Of a stretch of DNA of 62,118 nucleotides, positions 45,573 to 57,900 are shown one piece after another. Made by a program: the position numbers and the translations under genes. Position 1 is the stretch's first letter, and each line of letters opens with the position of its first letter. Source of the DNA: an uncultured Candidatus Saccharibacteria bacterium (lineage in GTDB: Bacteria; Patescibacteriota; Minisyncoccia; Phycocordibacterales; Zambryskibacteraceae); assembly GCA_964516975.1 (NCBI GenBank), contig CAZFAS010000003.1:4508-66625 (forward strand). Reading direction: 5' to 3'. The notes under the pieces were generated by a model that saw nothing but the letters and a program-made list of their open reading frames with translations, was not told the origin of the DNA and did no database searches.

Positions 45573-47759
45573 TTACTTCCCCATATGATATAACTGTTTT
45601 ACTTCCACACTACTAAGAGCTCTGTTATATAATCGCACCTCATCAAGCAAACCTGTGTATGGAGCACTTCCATCATTTTTGTTTCCAATTGTTAATGGAT
45701 CAACTGTATCAGACATAGATCCTGTCTGCGGTGTACTAGCAACTGAAACACCATCCATGTAAACAATAATATTTGATTGATCCCATGTACCAGCAAAATG
45801 GTGCCACTCATTATCCATATATGATCCCGGTGTTGTTGCACCGACACTTCCACCGGTATCAATGTTCAAAGTCAGAGCACCTGCTCCAGATACAAGAACA
45901 TCATATGAATTATTATTCGCTCCACTACGTTTCCAAAAAAGTCTTGAGCCACCTGCTGTTGTTGATGTCTTAAACCAAAATGAAATAGTTATTGGACCAG
46001 TAACACTTACTGATGGTGAATCTGGAACCGAAATTAAATTATTATTTCCGTTAAAGTAGAGAGCTTGTCCGACCTTTCCCGCAACAGGCGATGTTGTGGT
46101 GCCCATTCCTGTTGTTGTTCCATTATTATTACTTCCACTCCTGTCATACACAATATTTTTTGACCAATCGATATCTGATCCATTAAACGACCATAAACCT
46201 ACAAGACCCTTTGTCATTCGATTATTTTGACCTGAATTTATAACATATAATTTTGAATTCTGATACAAATATTTAATTTCATCAGAAGATAACGCTCGAT
46301 TATACACCCTTACATCATCAAGACTTGCACCAATCAAGTAATTTGCAGCAGTGTCTGTATTCTTCCCCACTGCAAAATGTGTAGCTTTTGTTGAACCTCT
46401 CGTTACTACGGCATGTGTACCATCTTGAACACCATTTATATATATGATTTCCCCGTCCGTCCCCGAATGAGTGCCTGCCACAAAATACCAAGTATTTGCA
46501 TCCCACGAACTCTTGCTTGATGAAGTTTCAATGAGCTGACTTGAATTCCCTACTGAAAAATGAAGTTTACCGTCATTTGCTGCTGGGGAAAAAGTACCAA
46601 GCTGGAGCACAACATCATTTGTCGATGGTGAATCCCCCAACCTCGTAATTATTCCCTCTGTACTTGCTGCAGTATACGGCTGATCAAATTTAATCCATGC
46701 GGTAAAAGTTACGTCGCCTGTGGCAATCGTCCCAGCAACCGAATCTGCTTGCATACCAGAACTATTTACAAACGAAAGAGCCTTACCAAACTTGCCACTT
46801 ACCCAATTCATTAAAGAATTTTTAACCATATGATTACCCTTTCCTGAAACATCGCCAACAGATGTTGAAGTGCCCTCATTCATTGGCCAATAAGCTACTA
46901 ATCCTTTATTTGTATTAGGCAAACTTGAGATATTTCCTGTCCTATATAAAGTCGCAATTTCAGAGGATGATAGTACTCGATTATATATTCGAAACTCATC
47001 CATAACCCCATCAAATGGATTCTGTGTGATAACATATTGTCCAACACCAATTGAAAGTCCATGATTCGTATCGTCATTTCTTGTGCCCACAGCATCTTGG
47101 CTTTTTTGATACGATGCTTCTACCCCATCAATGTATATATGAACATTTGAAGCACTTGTGGATCCATCCCAAGTCAAAACAACATGCTGCCATTTCCCCA
47201 TTTTAATTGAATTATCACTTGTGATTCTAAGTAATGAGGTACCACTGTATGGAACAAAAAAAGCAAGGGCGTTTGTACGATCAACACCATCGAGTCCAGC
47301 ATTACCGAATTCAAACTCTTGCCCTCCATTTGAAGAACCAGCTGTACTTACTTTATTAAAAATCCCTCCTCGGCTATTTCTTCCTTCACTTCTTGGGTAA
47401 ATCCAAACTGAATATGTAGAAGCACTCAAGTTACTCAGTGAACTTGATGACGCAACTCTAACCATATCATCACTTGAATCAAAATTTAGGCCATATCCAC
47501 GTTTCCCATTAGCCCAGCCAGATATTGATGATGCTGGGGAAGAAAAATTTGTTAGAACACCATTATTACCTTTTCCTGAATAATCGTGTGCGATTGTCGA
47601 GGTCCCCTCATTAAATGACCAATACGCAACAAGGCCAAGATTCGTAGGAGGTTTCAATAGTGTCGCTGCAGATACAAAATGAGGAAAAGTAAAAAACCCC
47701 ATTGTGATAAGTAGTGATATATTCCAAACTATATTTTTTTTAAAACCTACAATTTTCAT
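45573..47759 (-). CDS. secreted protein with three LamG (concanavalin A-like lectin, Laminin_G_3) domains
   Basis: Signal peptide. The pattern LVAYWSFNEGTST..D.SGKGNNG ... DE(F/V)R(I/V/L)YNRxLSSxEI recurs three times. Confidence 0.8.
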   Translation of the reverse strand: MKIVGFKKNIVWNISLLITMGFFTFPHFVSAATLLKPPTNLGLVAYWSFNEGTSTIAHDYSGKGNNGVLTNFSSPASSISGWANGKRGYGLNFDSSDDMVRVASSSSLSNLSASTYSVWIYPRSEGRNSRGGIFNKVSTAGSSNGGQEFEFGNAGLDGVDRTNALAFFVPYSGTSLLRITSDNSIKMGKWQHVVLTWDGSTSASNVHIYIDGVEASYQKSQDAVGTRNDDTNHGLSIGVGQYVITQNPFDGVMDEFRIYNRVLSSSEIATLYRTGNISSLPNTNKGLVAYWPMNEGTSTSVGDVSGKGNHMVKNSLMNWVSGKFGKALSFVNSSGMQADSVAGTIATGDVTFTAWIKFDQPYTAASTEGIITRLGDSPSTNDVVLQLGTFSPAANDGKLHFSVGNSSQLIETSSSKSSWDANTWYFVAGTHSGTDGEIIYINGVQDGTHAVVTRGSTKATHFAVGKNTDTAANYLIGASLDDVRVYNRALSSDEIKYLYQNSKLYVINSGQNNRMTKGLVGLWSFNGSDIDWSKNIVYDRSGSNNNGTTTGMGTTTSPVAGKVGQALYFNGNNNLISVPDSPSVSVTGPITISFWFKTSTTAGGSRLFWKRSGANNNSYDVLVSGAGALTLNIDTGGSVGATTPGSYMDNEWHHFAGTWDQSNIIVYMDGVSVASTPQTGSMSDTVDPLTIGNKNDGSAPYTGLLDEVRLYNRALSSVEVKQLYHMGK

Positions 47760-47800
47760 TTATAAACTTTATATTTGCTCATAATTAAGTATAACTTTTT

Positions 47801-48364
47801 TTACTCGGTTACACTTCCCCATTTCCATGATGACAAAATATCCGACATCTTAGTATCAAATGATCTATAGGTAGTAATTTGATAAAGATGGCCATTATTT
47901 ATAAACCAAACATTTCTCTGCGGGTTATTCTTCGATTCCATATCAAGAAAAGTTACACCTCTTGATCCAGCGATCTCAATATCATGAGAATCATCCATAA
48001 GTATATCTGGGTTATCTCTCTTAATAGCAGCTATTGATATTGAATCGCTATCGTTATATTCAGAAATTGCTAACTGGAAATTTTCTTCTTTTTTTTCTCC
48101 TACAAATACTGTTACCTCGTATTGAAGATTTGAAGCTGTATCTAACTGTTCAAAAGTATTACTAGTAAAATCCGAGGGAATTTCTATAGAAAATCTCCCA
48201 TTTAAATCAACATATACTTGCTTATCTTGTATAGTATTTTCCGATCTGATTCCTGAAGTATATAAACCTAAAAATATTTTTTTCTTATCTCGAACAATAA
48301 AGAGACCGGTCAGCACAATGAATATAAATATAATAAGAAAAACTAATTTCCTTCTCTTGTTCAT
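47801..48364 (-). CDS. hypothetical membrane-anchored protein
   Basis: 187 aa with an N-terminal TM helix (LVFLIIFIFIVLTGLFIV). No recognisable domain. Confidence 0.5.
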   Translation of the reverse strand: MNKRRKLVFLIIFIFIVLTGLFIVRDKKKIFLGLYTSGIRSENTIQDKQVYVDLNGRFSIEIPSDFTSNTFEQLDTASNLQYEVTVFVGEKKEENFQLAISEYNDSDSISIAAIKRDNPDILMDDSHDIEIAGSRGVTFLDMESKNNPQRNVWFINNGHLYQITTYRSFDTKMSDILSSWKWGSVTE

Positions 48365-48378
48365 AAACTTTTAAAAAG

Positions 48379-48897
48379 CTATGGTTTTTTTACCGGAGTA
48401 TTTGTTTGCGCAGATGGAATAGATTGCTGCTGTGTTTGGTTTGCTTGCGGGAGAACTTGTGACTGAGTAGTATCTCGTGGCTGTTGTAATGCATTTGGAT
48501 TTACTGGCGAAACTTCCTTTATCTTATTGAGAATCGGGCTATACAAAATTGCCTTTCTTGCCTCTGAATAAATTAGCACTTTGTCCCCCACTTCCACATG
48601 TGCGAAGAATGGCTGATTGCGGAGTTTTTCTGGATCTGTCACGGTAGCGACTGTTGGAGTTTCATTTTCTGGAAGAACAATGAGTTTCCCAACTGCAGCC
48701 ATAATATTCGCAACCTCCTTCTCAGCAGCTTTTGCCTGATCCTGCGGAGTTACAACTCGATGAGTATAGAGGTACGCCGCAACCCCACCGAGAGCAAGTA
48801 TGAGAACAATAAGAATTGAAACGATAATAATCATCTTCTTATTACTCTGCCTTTTAATTTTCACTGGTACTGATTGTTGTATATCTTGTGGTTCCAT
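48379..48897 (-). CDS. hypothetical membrane-anchored protein
   Basis: 172 aa with a TM helix (MIIIVSILIVLILALGGVAAYLY) and a Q/P-rich tail. Lies 18 nt downstream of the giant gene. Confidence 0.5.
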   Translation of the reverse strand: MEPQDIQQSVPVKIKRQSNKKMIIIVSILIVLILALGGVAAYLYTHRVVTPQDQAKAAEKEVANIMAAVGKLIVLPENETPTVATVTDPEKLRNQPFFAHVEVGDKVLIYSEARKAILYSPILNKIKEVSPVNPNALQQPRDTTQSQVLPQANQTQQQSIPSAQTNTPVKKP

Positions 48898-48915
48898 ATT
48901 TTTTTTATTAATGAA

Positions 48916-51900
48916 TTAAGGTGTCGCTGGTAAGGTTGTATCAATATTCACCGCTGTCTGACCAGAAGTGTCGACTGGTGTAGGCACTGGTGTTGTACTC
49001 GTATCAGTTGTTTGTGGGGCTGGACTAGTTGTTGTATCTGGAACTTGTGTTACGGTTGTCGGATCGTTAGTTACGGGAGTTGAACTTGCTGTTGAATCTG
49101 GTGGTGTTGTCGTATCTGGAGGAACAACTGGTTGAGTTGAAGTGCTTACTGGTGGCACTGGGTTCACTTGCTGAGGGTTAGTTGTTGTTGCAGTTGAGGT
49201 CGACTGAATTGTACTTAATGGCTGATAATTCGACGTAAGTGAAATTTTACCATCCTTTATTGCAAGTGCAATCCAACTAAATGTGATGTCCTCTTTTGCA
49301 GGATTATTAAGAAGGATTGTAAATCCATGTGTACTCTTTTGAGTTACCAAATACCTAACATCTGCATCAAATATCGCCTGCTCAAGCACCTTAGTATCGG
49401 TCGTTGTAGATGATTCAAGCGCAATAGTTGCAGATACAGTAGGCTGTGAAAGATATTCTCGATCGAAGATAACATCAACACTTCGAGAGCCTTTTTGAAC
49501 AACCGCAGTTCCACCCATATCTGATGTAAAGTATGGACGACCGAAGAATTCAACATCTGAAAGCATTGCAATAGTTGTACTTGCGGTTCCAATTGAATCT
49601 ACACGGAGTCCACCAACAAGTGTTGTTGTTCCATGAACTTCAAGGCCATTTGTTCGAACAGAATTTGAGAGAATATCTCCAGCAAACACAGCATTTCCAG
49701 TTGTATCAAATGTTACAACAACTCCATCATCAAGATTAATTGCAAATGGTGTAGTTGAACCCGTACTTGTTGCAACATTTGTAACTACTATTGGAGTTGT
49801 TGTTCCAACACTTATATCAGTTGATGAACTTGTAGTTCCAAGACCACTGAGTGCGTTAGCTACAAATCCTGCTTTTCTAATTACAAATCCACCAATGATT
49901 GAATCCACTTGGAGTTGACCTGCCTTGATTTCACCTGCGTTTACCTTAAGTCCTTCGATATCCTTTGCGTTCAATAGATTTGTGACTACATTTGGACTGA
50001 TAACTTGTGATACTGCTGAGATCTTATCTGCAAATATATCTGATTTATATGTTGGGCCAGCTTCTCTATCCTTTCGAAGATTTTCGAGGAATGCGAGCGT
50101 CTTTGCTTCCTTTGTTCCTGAGATAATGCCGATTGTTCCTGCATACTGTGAAGTTGTATCAGTCACAAGTCCTGAAGCATTAGGATCAAGATTTATACCT
50201 CTCATATCATTGTATGCAGACATTACATCATCAACTGGTGCTCCCATATAATCAGATAGATTTACAAACATCATAATCGTTCCACACTTTCTGTTTGGAA
50301 GATAGATATCACTTGCAGGACAATCTGTAAGCTTCTGCGGATCAAGTGATTCAAGTGCGTGACCGATGATATGTCCTGCAAGCGTTGCTTTCATTGCATG
50401 ACCTGGAACACTTGCTGCTGTGAGTTTATCACCAACTCGGATCATTCCGTTTTCTGTTGAAACCTTCACTGGCACACGTCCAATGAGTGCAATTGGATAT
50501 GAATTCTCAGTATATGCACCCGCCACGAATCCAGGATCAGTAGAGACAACACCGAGAGCATCTGGCTGATATTGATATCCTGTCTTCTTCACTCCATGAT
50601 TATTTTGTGGATCGATAGATACAACCTCTCCGAAATCAAGTTGCTCTTGTGATGTATATCTTTCTGCAAGGTCGGCACCTGATGTATTGATTGTTCCTCC
50701 CTGTTGAGCATAGATATCACCTGCTGAACTTACTCTAAACATTGAGAGTCCATCAGATTGTAAGTTGAGAAGATCCTTGTCCTTTGTCACCTTGTATTCA
50801 TAAAGAACAGGTGTCAAAACTGGTCGCTGTGGGTAGTTCATCGCTGATCCTCCGTTGTTATTCCATACATCAGTGTATATTCCTCCGTATGATGGGAATG
50901 AGCGTCGGAAATTGAAGATTACTTGCATCCATGCATCACCAGCAGATGGATTGATAAGCCCACCAGAATTTGAAATCTCACGAGCTGTTGTTGTACCTAA
51001 TGCAGCTTGTGTTGGTGCTGTCTTCACCTCAACTGATATTCCACCCTGTGCTACAGAAGCAACATTCGACTTCCATACGAGAGTTGAGTTCTGATCAAGT
51101 TTTGTTCCAGCAGGAGAAAGATCGAACTGTTCTGATCTATAAATACCGCTTGCAACCCATCCTGCATCATAAATCTGTGTAGCGTTTCCAGCATTAGTTG
51201 TGGTTGTCGTTGCTGCGCCCAAGATTACCATAAATTTACCATCTGAGCGCTGGAACGAAATTGCACCTGAGTTACTTGTAGCAGAGTTTGCAAGAACAGG
51301 GCCAGCAGTAAATGCACCTATTGTTTGGCCTTGGAATCCAGCACCGATTGCAGCACCTGCTCGTTCATTGTATATACCCGTTGTTGACTGACCAGCACCG
51401 TTTGCGGCACCTCCTCCATAAATAATGAGCCACGTTCCATCAGGTCGAGGTAGTGCATGCGCACCCATTCCCGCAGCAGAACCCGGTACTGCACCCGCAA
51501 TCATTGTCGCATTACTTACCGGGTTATAAATTTGAGTTGTCGCAGCGCCAATACATCCAACTGCTGAACCTCCCTTCACGATCACCCATAGTCCATCACG
51601 TCTCTGGAAAGCAAATGCGCCCGGACCTGTTCCTGGAGTAATCTGTGCAGGTGATCCAACTGACGTAAAGGTCATTGTGTATGGATCGAAGTTAAGTGTT
51701 GTTGTAATTGCAGTCGCACATGATGAAGCTGCGTATCCTGGGAGGAAGAGGTACGTACCGTCTGGTCGTGGAATCCAAAGTGATCCTCCACCTACTAATA
51801 TTGCAGCTGATGTAGTTGGACCAGGTGCCATAGTGTTATTTACTGGATCATAGATAGAAGAGTTTGCGGTAAATCCACCGTGCATGATAAGTATACGCCC

Positions 51901-54900
51901 ATTTGGAAGTGGGATTGCTGATGCTCCCATACCAGCTCCAGTTGAACCATTAATACTTGCGAGGTTAGGACCAGCGGTAAAGGTATCAAGGACAGGATCA
52001 TAAATGTTTGTTGTAGATGTTCCTGCAGGACCGTTTGATGCACCTGATATTGGTGAGTACCATCCTCCACCCATTACAATGAGGAATTTACCATCTGGGC
52101 GCTTCACCGCAAATCCTCCTGTACCAAGAGCTTGTGTAGGAACGTTTGGAGCAGAAGTATAGAGTGTTGTTGTTCCCGTCTTTTCATCATACGTCATTGA
52201 GTTGAGGGTCGTACTTCCAGAAATAATCTTAAATGTTCCATCAGGTCTCTTCATGACAATGGTGGTAGATGCTGTTCCTACTGGAAGTTGTGGACCAACA
52301 GCAAAAGCACCATTGTACTGTATTGGGTTCGTGCCATTCACCGTTGAACCAAGTGCACTATTTGTCGAAAGTGCGAGAGCATTCTGTCTGTTAGTATCAT
52401 TTGAAATATTTACATATACAGGACCTGAAGCAGAAGCTGTCGTAGATGATACAGAATTTCCAAAATCAAATTGGGTTTTATGAAGTACAGCACCGTTATC
52501 TACCGTCACGTCATACAGCACCGGATCAGCATTTACTCTTCGGTATCGAGTAAGTCCCGACTTTCGGATTCCCCACTCTTGATCGAGGAATCGTGGAAGC
52601 TCTCGTTGGAAGACAAACTTAAATTGAATCCTATTATCTGCAGTACTTGTTGCACCAATCAAACTTCCTGTCTGAGCAATCGGTACGTATGTTGATTGTG
52701 AACAATCTGCCGGACTTGTCGCAGTTCGTGCATATGCATAAATCTTACCTTCTGCATTTGATGTCCAATTTAGAGTTGAGTTAGGGGTAATATTTGTATT
52801 ACTAATACATTCACTTTCATAATATGCGTTCTGAGTATTTCCTTTATCAATACCGGTTACAAAATTCATATCATAGATATCAATAGCAGTTGAAGCGCCT
52901 CCACGAACTACAGCATATCGTCCATCTGGAAGCATGAATACCGTTAATCCATGACCGAGTGTTCCAAATCCAGATGGACCACTAGTAAAGCTTGGTGCAA
53001 TACTACCTGCGCCTGTATCGATAATACTTGTAGTTGAACTTGAAATTAATACATATTTACCATCCTGTCTCCATGTTGCCTGAGCACTATCAGCGAGAGC
53101 GGCAGATGGACCAACGCCGTAGTTTGCACTAAATGCTCCAAATCCATTTGAAGTTGTAGCAACTGGATTATATGAGAATGATTGATTTGCTGCACCAGGA
53201 AGTGTGAGGAAATAACCATCTTGTCTTCTGATTGAGAATGCGCCAGATGTAATTGCGGTAGGTGCAGCAGGACCAACTAATATGAAGTTTGAATAAGGGT
53301 TATAAATCCAAGTATTTGTCGAACCACCTCCTTGGTAAATAAGGAATGTTCCGTCATCACGCTGAAGAGCGTGTGCACCAGCACCCCATGCACCAGTAGG
53401 CCCAACCGCACCTCCTGTTGCTGGAGTACCAGACGCAAATCCAGAGGCAGTTGCAGCTGCTGGATCATAAATTCCCCAGTTTGGAGTTCCTCCAGAGAGA
53501 ATCACATACTTACCATCTGATCTTTGGAAAGCATATGTTCCTGTTGCCGCTGCACTGGTAAGTGATGGACCTGCGGCGACTGTAGTAATGTTAAACGGAT
53601 CAAATACTGACGTGTTTGTAACAGCTCCTCCATGAACAAGAAGATATCTACCGTCAGCACGCCTAATAGCTATAGAACCAGCGCCAACTGAACCAGTTGA
53701 TACTACAGACTGTGTTGACATCGTTCCACTGTTGAATCCATTCCAAAGTGATGCTGTTGCAGACCCACCTCCATGGATAATAAGGTACTTACCGTCAGAG
53801 CGAATAATAACCTGTCCTCCTGAGCTGACATTTGCTGCAGTAACTGTTGAAGTTGCACTCACCGTCCCGATTCCATCATTTACTACACCATCTTGGATAG
53901 TTACATAATTATTTGTTGAGGTTGTCGTAGCGAGTGTTGCTCCTGTTGCTAAGAAGTCAGTTGCTGGTGTTGAGCTACTTGTAGTTTTTACGATATCTGT
54001 TGTTTGAGTATTGATAGTAAGTCCTCCACTGTTTGCTACCACAAATTTATCTACCCCACCTTGCTGAAGTGTAAGTAACCCACCTGCACCACGCTGATCA
54101 ATCACAACAGCAGGAGTAGTTGTGCCTGATGTAGTTGAAGCTGAGAGAACGCCTGCCCAAGGAGTTGTTGTTCCTATACCTAATCGTGAATTCGTCTTGC
54201 TATAAGTAAAGTCTGATGTACCATCAAGAGCATTCGCGGTATTAAATTGAATCGATCCTGCTGAACCAGCAGCTGAAGCAGCACCAGCATTGATCGTACA
54301 ATCTGTAGCAGATGTTCCACCATTATCGGCACACGATACTCCTGTTCCAATAAAGTTAAGTTTTGTTCGGGCTGTAAGGTTTGATCCCTCATCTTGAATA
54401 GTTGCATATCCACCACCAGTTGGTGATGTTGTAGCAATTACAGCGCCTGTAGGACTTACAGCGAGGAATGTTCCTGCAGGAACTCCAAGGCTTGAGATAA
54501 TAAGAGCTGAGGTTGAAGCTGTACCATTTACCGTAAGAAGTGCTCCTGGAGTTTTAGTACCAATACCAACCTGACCAGTACTATCGATAGTCATACGAGT
54601 ATTTGTTGAGGTTGATGTCCCTCCAGTTACAAAGTACAAATTCTTTCCTGAAGATCCGTTCGCAAGATACATGTCATTACCAAGCGCTAAGATATTTGCG
54701 TCCCCTGCTCCACCAATATTGTATGTCTGTGGGTTATAGAAGTTTGAATTATTGATGCCCATCCACATGAAGTTTGTAGTGAGTGTGCCTGTATCCATCG
54801 TCGCTGAGAACCCTGACTGCGCACCAACTCCAGTTGATGTGTTTTGAACATTAATTTCAAAGAAATTATCGATGGAACCTTTTGCATATATAGCTTCAGT

Positions 54901-57900
54901 ATTTCCAGTCGTACCCGCATCAATAGATAATTTTGCATATGGAGAAGTTGAACCAATACCAATATCTCCATCTTGATCAATAGTTAATGCAGTTATAGTA
55001 GAAGTTGCAAAAGTACTTGGTGATGAAGTTGCAAAGTAGAGGTTTCCACCAGCATTTCTCATTGTCCAGATGTTTGATGTAAGTGATGCATCTGAAAGAG
55101 CGAATTGTGGTCGAGTAGATGATGCTACCTCAAGTGCCCATGCTGGAGTACTTGTTCCAATTCCAAGACCTACATTGTTTCCTCCATTAGGGTTAAGTGA
55201 AAGGAATGCAGATGATGAGGTTGCGAACTTATCTGTATTTGTTGTACCACCAGCAGCTGAGTCATCAGTACCACAGATTACACTACCATTTGCATCTGTT
55301 TGAAGGAGTTGATTTGCAGCAGAACAATTAAGTCCTATGATAGCGAGAGATGTTGTTGTTGCCTTTGATGTTGTTGCATTAAGCGCAGTGAAGTTCTGGA
55401 GCGTTGAAGATCCAGTTACAGAAAGATTTGATGTATTAATCTGACCATTTACATCAAGAGTGAATGCCGGAGCTGTTGTATTAATACCAACATTTCCAGA
55501 ATTAAGCACTGCCAATATTGAACTTGAAGCATTCGATACAAAATTTGCAAGTGTTGCATCAGTTGATGTACCCCATACTGTAAATGTTGCTGATGGAGTT
55601 GTTGTACCTACTCCAATACGAGGCGCTCGAATACCCCCAGCACCATCTGACTGTGAGTAAACAGTGAGAAGTGGATTTCCGTCAATCTGAGCAGTATAAC
55701 TTTCTACTGTTCCAAGAGCAGAGGCAGCTGTCACAGGCATATCTACCCATGTAAGAATACCTGCGTCAGTATCAAAGTTTGTAATACCAAGCTGAAGGTT
55801 ATCAATCGAAGTAAGTCCTGTAGACCAGTCATGAAGGATGGCACCACCATTTACATCAAGGCCACCAGCTAATGTTGTAGTTGAAGTTGAAGCATACGCA
55901 AAGAAGTTTTGTGCAGCCACTGTTCCCTGTACTGCAAATCTTGCAAACGGTGATGTGGTTGCAATCCCCACATTTCCATTTGTATCAATAGTGAGAGCAG
56001 AAACTGTTGATGTTGCGTACGTGCTTGGTGATGAAGTTGCAAAGTAGAGGTTTCCACCAGCATTTCTCATTGTCCAGATATCTGATGTAAGTGATGCATC
56101 TGAGAGAGCGAATTGTGGTCGTGTAGATGATGCTACCTCAAGTGCCCATGCAGGAGTAGATGTACCGATACCAAGACCTACATTGTTTCCTCCATTTGGA
56201 TTAAGTGAGAGGAATGCTGAGGTTGATGTTGCCCACATGTTACTACCCGCACCACCTGAATTTTGATCCGCAGAACATGTCACTGCTCCAGATGCTGATA
56301 TAGCTGACACCTTATCTGTTCCCGTACATGTTGTTCCACTTATGAGAGTATAATCCGTTCCATTTGATGCAACACTTACCAAACCGTTTACAGATTTGAG
56401 CATATTACTTCCTGTAGAAAGATAGAGATTAGATGTAGAAGCAAGAGTTGCAAAGAATTTTGTAGATGTAGCATTCGATGATGTTGAGTTGAGTGCTGTG
56501 AAGTTCTGGAGTGTTGTTGAGCCAGTAACAAGCATGTTTCCAGTAGATGAAATAGAGAACATGGTTGTAGTGCCAGAACCATTATTTGCAAAGAGTCCGA
56601 GGAGTGGGAATGTTGCAGAAGTTGATGTTGCATAGATAGAGAGTCTTGCATCTGGAGATGAAGTACCAATTCCAACATTACCAACTGAAGATATTCTCAT
56701 CTTTTCTGTTAGACCAAATGGACTTCGAGTCACAAAACCGATATCACCATAATCATTAGCATGATCTGTGAAGAAGCCGTATACCGCGGATGAGATCGAA
56801 CTGTTTGCATTATCTGCAAAACTAAACTTTGCATAGTTATTGTTTGTTTGATCAGTATTTACCATCTTGAAGAAGCTTGCATCTGATAGTGTCGTTGAGT
56901 TTGCAGACACTCCTTCAATTACAAAAGCGTCAATGTTGTTTGCATTCCCATGATATAACTTTGCCTTAACTGTATTTTCAATAGTCATTGTTCCGAGTCC
57001 GATCTGACCTGTATTTTTATCTACAAAGATTGAAGGTGCTGCATTTGTAGAAGTTGCATTCACTACAAATCGTGCATTCCCTACTGGCGTTGTACTTCCA
57101 ACAGCAAATACTCCAGCAAATGTAGAAGTTGCAGTAGTAGATGTTGCGTTAATAGCAGCTACTACAGGAGTAGATGAAGATACGAGGTTACCGTTGCTAT
57201 CAGTAGTGATAACCATGTTTGCACCAATACCCGATAGATTGAAGTTTGTAGCTCTAAGGTTTGTCGCAAAGAAGTTTGTTGTAGTAGCAGATGTACCTGT
57301 AGCGTTTGCAAAGGTGAAGTTCTGGAGAGTAGTAGAACCAGTAAGGAGAAGGTTAGAAAGGAGTCCTGTTGTTCCAACAAGATTCGTTGCAAAGAAGTTC
57401 GTTGTTGTAGCGTTTGTTGTTGTACTGTTGAGTGCTGTGAAGTTTTGGAGTGTTGTTGAACCTAATGAAAGCAAACCACCATTAAAAGTAGAAGCGGTTG
57501 ATGAGGTTGCTGTAAAATATTGAGCCGCAACTTGACCCTGCACATTGAGCTTCTCATTTGGAGAAACATTTCCAATACCAATATTCTGTGTATTAGCTTG
57601 CATAATCAAGCCTACTGCTCCATTCCAGAAGAACAAATCCCGAGTACCGTTACCATCTGGATCTATTCCTACCTGTCCAAATGGTACGCCATTTGAATTG
57701 AAAGAAACAACTGATTTAAAGGCGTTTGCACTAGTATTATCAAGAGCAATACCAACTAAAGAAGTTGGGCCGATTCCTGGTGACCCGGTAAATGTTGCAC
57801 CATAACCTCCAGATGGATACACTACAGTGAATTTAGTATTAGGTGTACTTGTACCAATCCCCACATTTCCATTTGTATCAATAGTGAGAGCAGAAACTGT

